Position numbers and translations under genes: made by a program. This document shows, piece after piece, positions 1 through 10,459 of a stretch of DNA of 64,000 nt. The stretch is from contig OZ116705.1 of the NCBI GenBank assembly GCA_964199315.1, positions 11,470,001 through 11,534,000 of the forward strand, read 5' to 3'. Source of the stretch: Orbicella franksi. Its lineage: Eukaryota. Under the pieces are notes generated by a model, which ran no database searches, was not told where the DNA came from, and saw only the letters and a list, made by a program, of their open reading frames with translations. The stretch's first letter is position 1; every line of letters starts with the position of its first letter.

Positions 1-316
1 AACAGGCAAACAGGCTCCATCTTCCCCGTGCAACTGACAGCGGGTGGTCAGAACCAGAAGATTCTCACCCAGCAAGAAGTTGTTTGTGGAACAGATATAT
101 TTCAAGGAGCAGATCCGTTGCCATTCCCAGACTGGATTATGATAGTGATGGATATCTGATAAAGATATTGTGTTTTTCTTTATAAAAAGCAAAAAACTCT
201 CTGAAAGTTAGTTAGTTAATGATCTCTTTTGCCTATTTGCTCCGAGTCGGGTTCCGTCAAGTGTAACAACATAAGCAATTGCATTTTAATCCTTTCAATC
301 TTATCTTCTAAAACAG

Positions 317-430
317 ATATCGATGACTGTGCAAGTCATCCCTGTAAGAACAACGGGACCTGTACAGACCGAGTTAACGGATTCAACTGCAGCTGTGCAC
401 CAGGATTTAATGGCACAAAATGTGAAACAG
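317..430 (+). CDS. Calcium-binding EGF exon 1 of EGF/D8C secreted protein (gene begins upstream of window)
   Basis: AG|...|GT, 114 bp, phase 1-1, [38 protein letters not shown] (6 Cys, cbEGF consensus). Confidence 0.92.
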
Positions 431-676
431 GTAACTATATCCAAAATTCATTTTCCTTCGATTTTTATACTGGTTGAAGAGAGGAGAAACATATATTTTT
501 GCTTATGCATATTTGGTTAAAGAAAAGCACACTTTTTTCCCACAACTTTCTTTTGTCTCCATAATTCTGTCCAATTGACCTATCCAAGTCTCTAAGGAGC
601 GAAATTTGGGGCGTTAAACGATCTTATGCATTTTTGGTTATTTTGCAGATATTGTTGTTGTGGGTTCTATCGTATA

Positions 677-1116
677 CGGTACAATCCCAAGTTAAAGCCC
701 TGGGATCATATAACGTCATAAGGGGTTTTGTGTGGGCTTAAAGACGGGGGGTGGGGTGCTTATATCCGGGGGCGGGAATATAAGTGGAATAAAAATAATG
801 TTTCGGAACGACGATATAAAACGTAACTGAGCAACTAATTAAAGCTAACATACCAATACATTTAGAACTATTAGATTTTTAATACATTTATTGTGCGTAA
901 CAATAAACGGAGAATATGTTTTAAAAACATCTATAAAACACTAGTGTGACTGGAACAACTGGAAAGGAACAGAACGTTATCTGATTTATACATTAGATGG
1001 GCTCGTATCCGGTTTTGGGGGAGAGGGGGGGGGGGAGCGCTAATATCTGGAATAATATCTCTGTTAGCAAATAGAAGGGTTTATATCCGGGGAGGCTTTA
1101 ACATGGTATTTTACGG
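677..1116. mobile_element. Tc1/mariner-type MITE in first EGF intron
   Basis: TA flanks; imperfect TIRs (TACGGTACAATCCC / revcomp TACCGTAAAATACC); interrupts intron sequence that is contiguous in the neighbouring repeat units. Confidence 0.6.
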
Positions 1117-1157
1117 TATGACCGTTATTAACTTTCTACCTTATCCCTTTAAAACAG

Positions 1158-1271
1158 ATATCGATGACTGTACAAGTCAACTCTGTAAGAACAACGGGAA
1201 GTGCACAGACCGAGTGAACGGATTCAACTGCAGCTGTGCACCAGGATTTAATGGCACACAATGTGAAACAG
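1158..1271 (+). CDS. cbEGF exon 2
   Basis: 114 bp, phase 1-1, [38 protein letters not shown]. Confidence 0.92.
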
Positions 1272-1457
1272 GTAACTATAGCTAAAACTAGTTAATTTTC
1301 TTTCAAATTCTACGGGTTTTAATCTCTTTCTAAGTTGTTTGCAGTGTTGTATCTTTTAACTTCAAGTATAGTTTTGTTATTGAGTTTTGTTGTTGGTTGT
1401 TGCAGGTTCTACCGAATGTGACCGTTATTAACTTTCTGCCTTATCACCTTGAAACAG

Positions 1458-1571
1458 ATATCGATGATTGCGCAAGTCATCCCTGTAAGAACAACGGGAC
1501 CTGTACAGACCGAGTCAACGGATTCAACTGCAGCTGTGCACCAGGATTTAATGGCACACAATGTGAAACAG
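1458..1571 (+). CDS. cbEGF exon 3
   Basis: 114 bp, phase 1-1, canonical splice sites, near-identical to exon 1. Confidence 0.92.
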
Positions 1572-1761
1572 GTAACTATGACCAAAATTAGTTAATTTTC
1601 ATTCAAATTCTACGGGTTTTAATCTCTCTCTAAGTTCTTTGCGCGCAGTGTTGTATTTTTTAACTTCAAGCATAGTTTTGTTATTGAGTTTTGTTGTTAG
1701 TTGTTGCAGGTTCTATCGAATGTGACCGTTATTAACTTTCTGCCTTATCACCTTGAAACAG

Positions 1762-1875
1762 ATATCGATGATTGCGCAAGTCATCCCTGTAAGAACAACG
1801 GGACCTGTACAGACCGAGTGAACGGATTCAACTGCAGCTGCGCACCAGGATTTAATGGAATGAAATGTGAAACAG
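1762..1875 (+). CDS. cbEGF exon 4
   Basis: 114 bp, phase 1-1, ends GFNGMKCET|gtaatc. Confidence 0.92.
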
Positions 1876-2352
1876 GTAATCGAAACAGATAACCTCACCA
1901 ACCTTATCGTTCGTGTAAATGATAAAACAGCAAAGTTAACAAAGATTGGGAGCCAATCAAAAGGTGTATTTCCTAGAAATATACAGCCACTGGAAAAGGG
2001 AAAAACAAAATGAAAGTCGTCTTTGACTATTATTGCCACGAGGAAACCAAAAGATAAACCTTTTTTACGAGTTGCTGTGAAACTTTCATCTTATTTTCTC
2101 TTCCAGCAGAAATGTTTTAGTTCCTTCTTTACAGCATATTTCCTTGTAAACGTTTGCCTGTCAGCGGACACAAGACCCAAAGTTACACATGCTAAACACA
2201 CTAGGGCGTGTAGTTCCATGGTCATAACCTCCAATCTGGTGATGGGGGGACAGATAGGGAATTGACTGCATGGGTATGGCTTCGATTGAGGACCGGTTTT
2301 ACACCTTTTGTGGGCAGGTGGAGGCGAAATGATGCGAAGAGTTAGTTACTTA

Positions 2353-2408
2353 GACGAGTGAACGAATTCAACTGCAGCTGCGCACTAGACTTTACTGGAA
2401 CACTGTGA
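2353..2408 (+). pseudogene. Decayed partial EGF exon relic in intron
   Basis: gacgagtgaacgaattcaactgcagctgcgcactagactttactggaacactgtga resembles the 3' half of the EGF exon, with indels and no acceptor. Confidence 0.6.
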
Positions 2409-2813
2409 TTGAGATAATCGCTGTAGGTAACAGAAGGTAAAACCACATGCAAGTAACAGGGATGAAACGCCTACAGTCGATGGGCAGATGGCAGTACTGT
2501 GTGGTTGATATCACTGAGAGTTTCCCGTTAGCCAGCCACACGATTACTGTAATAAAATGTATCTGCTATAGGTGTTTCTATATGCCGTGTAATCACTTTA
2601 GAAATGTAAAAACTTGCAGTGGATTTAAGGCGCCAATTCTACTTATTTTCCTTCGTAACAAGGTTCTCTTGAGATTTTTCTGATACTTTTTTTCGCCTTT
2701 TTAATGTGTAAAGTGGTTTATTTCCACCAGAATTCCCTTTTATGCTCGTAATGGGACACTTAACCATCCATTGTGACATTGAAATAGTAACACTTAGATC
2801 CCTTTGTTTTTAG

Positions 2814-2942
2814 ACATCGACGAGTGCGCAGCACAGGTCGACCTATGTGTTGCTGTTGCCAACTCTGAGTGCAAGAATACGGATGGATCGTACAACTGCC
2901 GGTGCAAAGATGGATTTGTAAATAACCGTGCTATTTGTGAAG
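2814..2942 (+). CDS. cbEGF exon 5 (divergent, fibrillin/uromodulin type)
   Basis: tag|AC ATC GAC GAG TGC...GAA G|gtgc; DIDECAAQVDLCVAVANSECKNTDGSYNCRCKDGFVNNRAICE; 129 bp, phase 1-1. Confidence 0.9.
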
Positions 2943-3630
2943 GTGCAACACAGTTTTATCATTAGTAGGGATATCTTCTATTCTGTTTTAATTGGCTACA
3001 GTTAAAAACTTTATTTGTCGTTATGTAAGGACGGTTTGCCACATTTAAGAATCTTATTTAACAAGTAGGCATGTATCAGGAAAAAAGTAATAAATAACCC
3101 ATATGAAGTTAGAATCCACTACATAGTTGATTAACTGAAAGTATCCCACATGATATTCCTCCAGCGGTTTATCCAATGCCAGAGAGTAAACATACCTTAG
3201 TGGAGAAACACTGGCACTGATTGCGATGTTCTTACACTTAGAGCCGATAAATATCATCGCCTGAAGGACAAATTTATTCAGCTATGGCTTACATACAGGT
3301 TACCCATCAACATTTGAACTGGAAATTTCAAATGTAAATATGAAGATTTTCTCGTATAAACAGACAAAAAGGTGGTAATTAATACCTATTGTAGAAGCTA
3401 TATTTCGGTGGCGAGATCTTTTTACAACCTTGTTCCCAGGAAAAATGGAAACGAAGACAAATCATATAGAAATGTTTGTGCATGACCGGATGTAATAAAG
3501 TGATGTAAAATTGAACAAAATATATGAAGTGACTGTATTCAAACTACAAGTAACACACAACGACACAGCACGAAAGAGATATCTACGGATCAAGGGAGTT
3601 ATCTACGTATTACTCTGTTTATTTTTTTAG

Positions 3631-3992
3631 TTGACATATGTAAGAACTACCAAAATCTGACAGATGCAGAAAGAAAACATGACTACGTAACAGTAAACTA
3701 CAAATGTGACGACACACTCAATGGCTGGTATCGCTTCCAAGGAGCTGCAGGCACAAAAATGGTGACCACATGTCCACCGATGAACAGATGTGACACAGAC
3801 TTTCCTGCCTGGTTGAGTGAAGATCATCCTACAGTGGCTGAGGGTACAGTCACAAGAAAAGTCTGCATTCACTGGTTTGAAGACTGTTGCGAACGCTCGG
3901 TCTACATTCAAGTAAAGAACTGTGGCTCCTACTATATCTACAAATTATTTTTCCCAGGGATTTGTGCTGCCCGATATTGCAGTACTGACTAA
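3631..3992 (+). CDS. Terminal exon: uromodulin/GP2/OIT3-type D8C cysteine-rich domain
   Basis: tttag| phase 1; ...CDDTLNGWYRFQGAAGTKMVTTCPPMNRCDTDFPAWLSEDHPTVAEGTVTRKVCIHWFEDCCERSVYIQVKNCGSYYIYKL...CAARYCSTD*; matches the D8C pattern. Confidence 0.9.
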
Positions 3993-6900
3993 TCGATCAT
4001 AGCATATGAGATTTGTGTTTCAGTTAGCTTCAGTTGACTAGTATTAGCAAGAGACTTAGATCATTGTCTCTTGTGGTGCCAAAGCGGGATATTACTTCTC
4101 GACATGATTACCTACAGTAATACTTAACCAAGGCCTGGTTGTTCAAAGCACGACCAAGCTAGTCCATAATTAGTGTTAGTTATTTATAAACTTTAGCCAT
4201 TTCTTTTTCTCCCTAGTTTTGACGACGGCTTACAAGCTTTAAGTCCTCTGAAAATCAGCAAAGAAAATACTTTACCCATGAAAGAAAAAACTTTAAACCT
4301 CCATCAACTCTTAAACCCGGATTACGAACAACCTGAGCACTGTAAACAAACGAAAGGCACATCGAGTTTCAGCCGTTTCTCGGGAGAAGACTTGAGGGCG
4401 TCACATAAGACGCCTGTTTTCTAAGGCAAGACACTGTAACGCTGTAAGGAAAGTTAGTAGATGAATAGCAATCATATCAATACCAATAGCATTAGCAAAG
4501 TAACTCGCATTCTCTTAACGAAAGTAAAGGCTTTAAAGAAATTAGTTGTTCAAGATTGTTTGTTATAACTTGCACAGTTGTCGTATTAGAAAGCTACTAG
4601 AAAATTTGTTTTGGCCTGGTAAAGTCATTGAATGGAAGCAGGTCGATTTTGAACGAGTCTCGAGCGCTTATTCTTGTCGGTGATTTGAGCAATCCGTTTG
4701 CTCTCGTTTCTAGAGAGAGAAATAGAGTGTGATTAGAAAAACTCAAAATCTGATAATTTTTCCAATATTCAGTCATTTGTATAATTTGAAAAGTGAGGGT
4801 TATTTAAAACTTTTTTTGTATCTTTCTTGATTGCACGGAACAACCATTACGTTGTCTTCTCTGAAGAACTGCTATTCGTATCGGTTTAAAAGTTATTCAA
4901 CACATTTTTAACCAGTTTTGATTAAAATTATCAGGCCGTATACAATCAATTTTTTGTGCAAAATAATAACTTCTCGTAAATTTAACTGAGTAGCACAGCC
5001 TAGTCTCTATAGTATAAGCACACCGAGAAGTTTTTCAATTTTTTTTTTAATTAGAACTTTGGTTTCTTTTTAAGTTTGATTTCCTTTTCTTTGAGATTTA
5101 AAATTAAACACTAAACTAGTAGTACACTTCTTCAGGAAGTTTTACAAACATACACTAAACGCCTGTATTTAAGCCACACTAGCGGCTATTTCGAAGACAC
5201 AAACCACTAAGGTTTTGTCGGATTTACGAAAGGAAGCAGGCGGCGTTGTGAAATATTCACACAAGGCGTGACAAAGTTTTTGGCCCACGGTTTTAGCCGC
5301 CGTCGTACCAATGAATGCGATAGCGTCAGGCGCCTGTACAGGACGAGTATAGAGGAGAGTATTATGAATTCCTTGCACGGCTGAAAATGCCGGCTGATAT
5401 GGAATGACGGTGGTAGTACTCTCTAGGTACATTTTGGCGGATTTTACAAAAGAAATTATCTCATCTCTGAAAGTTCCAAGGCTGCTGATTTCTGTTGCAG
5501 CATGTTGAGCTGGTAAATTATGTGTACACAATGTGCATATTAAGAAGCCAATAAAACAAATCTCTTCCAGACATTTTGCCTGTTTCCTCACTCTATCAAA
5601 AAAAAAAACTCTTCCTTCGGTAATCTTACCAAGAAACAATTCAGTTTGTAAGTCTTCTCTTTCTTTTAGGCCAACATCTGTCTCAAAATTCTCTTAGGTG
5701 TTTCAAGTTTTCTAATATTGATATGAGAATATCACTTTTTATCACATCGATTTACATTAAACTTCGTTTAATTCTTCAATGATATTCTTCAAGGATTTTG
5801 CCTTACGTCGTGAAGACATTATTTCCTAATCTTAGTCTTCATATTCCTTAGTTAACTCTACTGTGATAGAATCCAGGCAACGAAGTTATTTCCACAGACA
5901 GGCATCTTTCAGGGAATGATCAAATTCATTACTTTAATTTGTAACATTATCTAAGCTGTAGTGCTAACATAGTATAACGTATATAAACAGAAAATAGTCA
6001 CTTAGAGATATACGTCCAGTACCTTTGTTATTTGATTCCGCATATGTTAATTAATAGGTAATGAATATCAATAACCTCTTTAACTTTTCTGATTTGCATT
6101 ACAGTTTAAATATAGTGGATGCGAGACAATCTCTGGCAGAAACTACAAAATGCCCAAAATTGCCTTGTTTACAAGTTCGATTATACTTAAAAATTGTTAT
6201 TATTAGGACAGTTTTTAACTCTTTAAGTACGTACCTTGTAAGATTTAACGTGTATTAAAAACTTTGAATAATGTTTAGTGGGATTATAGTAGTACAAATA
6301 AGTTATACATAGACATGTATGTTCAGTTATATTTAATGCAGCGCTAGAGTTATGAAGGGGCCAGTGCTTTCGTCAAAAATAGGTTTCCAGCAAGCAAGTC
6401 GAGGATAAAACTAACTCTTACCTTACCAAATCTCTTTCCTGGTATTTTTGGATCCCACGAGGTTATTAGTTCTATTACAGATTCGAGCAGAGACAAATTA
6501 ATTTTGCATCTCACTACAATTTTCAAACTGTACAAATGGCTTGTGTGCAATGAGACCCAATGACGCTGCACTGAGGCCCAAGATCATCTTAGCGGAGTGC
6601 TGAATGACATCACCTGAAGTGCAACGTTTAGTAATGACTTATCGAACATATATTAATATTCAACCCATAGAGAGGTTTAACTGACTGTCGTAAAACGAGA
6701 ACCAAGGTAATCATTCTGACCAATCTCATAAGACACAGAAAATCCAGTGAAGCAATATTGAACTCGAATACGAACTCGAGAAAACATGTGCGGGCGAGGC
6801 TTAGCTAGGATTACTTGAAAATGTGACGCTTAATCTCTCAAAACAATCACTAAGCGTAGCAAGGCAAAATCAAAGCAAATTACTGTGAAGTACCTTGGGA

Positions 6901-8799
6901 ATTGAGGGAAAAACCTCCGTGTTAGTAAAGGCATTCTCTCCGAATGCGTGATACGGTTACAAGCTGTCGTTGTAAATATTGTTTCGCTGTTTAAATGTGC
7001 CAGAAGTCTGGATGGAACGTAAGATGTTAACTCGAAAAGGATCGGGTAATGTGCGGCGGAATCAAAGCATGCCACTTAATCATGGTTCGTTTTAATTCAA
7101 ACATTAACTTGTCATCAGTGCATGTTTTAAAACGCAAAAGACATACGGCGAAGGATATCTTCTCTTGGTTTAGATTTTTCCAAGTTGTATGGAAACAGTG
7201 TACCTATAGAGCTTTGGATGGAAATGTTTGTGAGCTGCGTGCTACTTGAAGGTGGATAAACACGTGATTCGATTGATTAAATTAAACTTACAAACTGTAA
7301 ACTCCATAGTTCAGACAGTTGTTCCATCCAGACATTAGTGCCATATTTCTGTAAATATATGTTAATTAAAAACTCATGTACACGTTTCAAAATGTTCAAG
7401 TAAATAAAATTTGTTTAGAGTAGTTGTTTATGATGCTTTGAGAACATGTATCTATTGTTTTCCGCAGGATTTTAGCTTAATATGCTTGGAGTGACGTTTT
7501 CCCAGTCATGTTGTAATGTAGCACATTTCAATTACCTTCACAAATAGAACCAATCAAAAGGCTTATAGGCGTTTTTCTTATTGCACTTTTGTTTCCCGGA
7601 GTAGCGGCTACAACGAAACAAAAAACCTTTCATGAAGAGTTCCTCGAGATTTTTTTATTTAGTTCGCTGTAGATTTTGTTAGCAAATTTATAAAGACGTG
7701 GATATTTGAAGAACAAAAATTCATTCGATCTTGTTTTACAAATTTTGCGCTGTTAATGATATAATATTGATCAATTTTTGGGGGTCTCCCCTGAAATACC
7801 CAAGACAGACTTGATTGATAAACGAGCCTTTTAGGGAATAGAGACCGGTAACAGCTATACCAAGAATAACAAATGACTTCCGTAAATACTCTGCACATGA
7901 GCGCGAATGTTTGCTCACCGTCGTCCACTCCAGGCAGACTTGAAATCAAGGGCCTGTTCACATGGAGTGGGCGGGGGCGGGAGGGGGGAGGTTTCCCGGG
8001 TAAGTGAAGTGCCCCGCTTACCCGTAGTCGAAAAAGCTAGCCTTTACATGCAAAAACTCAGGTAAAAATCGCTCTGATCTTAAAAGCATGTTTAGAAGCG
8101 TGGATGTTTTGGAACCATGACCAACGGCTGAAAGTTGGGGGGTGGGGATAACAGTATGATTACTCGATTTTATACTGCGTTTTGTCTATCTCCTCCGCAA
8201 AGGTTCGAACGTTCGTTGTGCGAAGTGAGTGCAGGCGAAGTGAGTGTAGGCGCAAAGTCGAAAGTAACCGTGTGCCTGCACTCATATCGTTAAGAGGATT
8301 CTTCCCGCCCGAAAAATAAATCCCTTTCGGCCTCTTTCGGAGGAGAACGTTCCTAGGCTTCGATATTTCGCCGCGATCAATCGTTTTTGGGTCACGTGGT
8401 CCGGGATGAAAAGTTTGGGCCGTCCGTCTCGGATACGTCACCGAAATCAATTGACCGAGCATGCCTGGGAGAAAGCCGTACAGGAACAAAGCAATACTGC
8501 CTTTAGTTAAGGGGGCATTTTTGAAAGTGACTTCATGCCAAAATGAGTGGTCGTTTATCGTTTGCATGATACACCGGTGCAAGTTTTCGCATCTGTTAAC
8601 CCAACCCTGGTCATTAGTTCGCAACATCTGTGTAGCGCTGGCGCAATTTCGCGCGCAGGCGCTAGCTTTGTTTCGCTGGTGAAACATTACTTTGGTGACG
8701 AGTGAAATTAGGAAATGACCTTGCGCGCGTTTTGTCAAAATTCTCATCATTTAAATTAGAAAGAATTTTGACAAACGTAAGTGAAATTATTTCCTAATT

Positions 8800-10220
8800 T
8801 TCTAATTCTAATCAACAATGATTTAGATAAACATATACAGGCAAAAACTAACGATAGATAAATCCGACGTTTCGGCGACATCTTGGCGCCATTGTCAAGG
8901 GAAACTAATTAAATATGCGATTTCAAGAGTAACTAAGAGTTCAGAGTTTCTAATTTGCATAAGTTAGACAAAGACTTTAGCGCGAACTGAGTCTGATTGT
9001 ACATTTAAACAAGGTCGTAATTGTTTAATGAGTAACATCTCATTAATGAGACAATCAAACTTGTTGTGGCATTTTTTCAACACGCTAAAACAATTGCGAA
9101 GGTCATCCGGAATCCTGCCTGCGTGTCTATTATCATAGTGATTGCGTACTGACGAGGTCTTGCTTCTATGTCCATCAACGCGTACGAACAGATGGCCGCG
9201 GGTGTAACCGACATAACCAGCATCGCACTGGTCACACTTGAAGTTATACACAACGCATTGTTGATCAATGAGCTGAGGCTTAGGTTCGCTTGTCGGGAAC
9301 TCCTGGGCAATCTTGCGGCTCGTAAACACCGGTTGAACACTGGTCTGCAGCTTCACACTGAGATCTTTCAACTGTGTCTTCACGATATTAGGAGACTCCT
9401 GGTCTTTAAAGGGTATGACAACCCGAGTAGTGTTTTCTGTCGTAGATCTGGACCGTAATGAGGGCTGGTCAGCGACCTTTAAATTTAGGAAGGTTTTGAC
9501 AGTGGAGTCAACAAGGTGCTTGGGATATTTCAGTTTAGAGAAAACAGACTTCAGTCGTTCGCATTCCTCAGTGAAGTAGGACCATGACGAAGACAGGCGA
9601 TGTGCGCGATCGAGCATAGTTGTCAATAGTCCGCGCTTGTACCTATTATCGACATGACTGTGGTAATGGAGAAGCAGACCACTGTTTGTTGGCTTCACAA
9701 ACACTTTAGTTTCAATACGAGGCCCTCTGTTTAGGAGTTGAGTACCGAGAAAGGGAAGCATTCCATCATTTTCGACCTCCATAGTGACGTTGATGGCGGG
9801 GTGAGCGTGGTTGAGGGTGTTAAGAAAGTCCCTAGCTGTAGACAAATCGGGCATCACAGTGAATGTGTCGTCAACATATCGACGATAGTAAGGTGGCAGT
9901 AAGGTGAGGTCTCGCGGTAGTTCGTTCACAAAATCGAAAATGTCCGTGACTGTGTACTGATTTAACGACAACGGTTTGAGCTTGTTGTCCAACCATTTCG
10001 CCAGAGCATAATTATACGTATTAGTCGCTGATAGGATTGGTCGCATGGCTAATTTCTCCTCAACATAACACCTGGTGACTTGCTGGTGTCCTATGATGTG
10101 TCCTCCTTGTTCACGAATGTACCTTTGGATGAAACCATTACGATTCTCGCAGACAGAGCCTTTAGAAACAACTGGTTTAATTCCGAGTATGATTTGAACA
10201 TTTCAAAGCAAGACCTTATT
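8800..10220 (-). mobile_element. Penelope-like retroelement (RT + C-terminal GIY-YIG endonuclease), internally rearranged
   Basis: ORF 8964-10046 has RRYVDD (RT motif C) and VVYNFKC...GYVGYT (GIY-YIG); RT motif A (SYDVSSLFTNVP) lies on the opposite strand at ~10059-10220. Confidence 0.9.
8866..8898 (-). ncRNA. Minimal hammerhead-ribozyme-like motif (PLE-associated, U3-A8 variant)
   Basis: Revcomp TTGACAA-T-GGCG(ccaagatgt)CGCC-GAAA-C-GTC; palindromic ACGT stem III; just 3' of the PLE ORF; stem I weak. Confidence 0.55.
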
Positions 10221-10459
10221 ACGGACAAATGACAGTGGTGTGCTGAATTTACACCACCGCTATTACACCACGATAATGACGTCAAGGTGGTTGTCTCGTC
10301 ACAACCCAGTATCACGTGGTATAAATCAGCCCATCAGAAAATCGGAATCCGTGCAGTGTATGAAAGTTGAATACTAAATTGTTATATACATTTTTCCATA
10401 TACATTTGACAATAGCCTTGATAAATATCAGCATGTGTACAACGGAATCTTGAGTCGAT

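Larger units (their letters stand above)
1120..1880 (+). repeat. Tandem exon+intron duplication units of ~300 bp
   Basis: Exon starts 1158, 1458 and 1762 (periods 300 and 304); introns are also near-identical. Confidence 0.9.

Noticed and set aside
1-170. Open frames at the window start
   Set aside because: No splice donor compatible with the EGF exons and no recognisable domain.
8160-8750. 196-aa ORF and short tandem GCGAAGTGAGTG repeats (possible CRISPR)
   Set aside because: No recognisable domain, lies in repeat-like DNA, and has only 2-3 adjacent repeats without spacers in a eukaryotic context.
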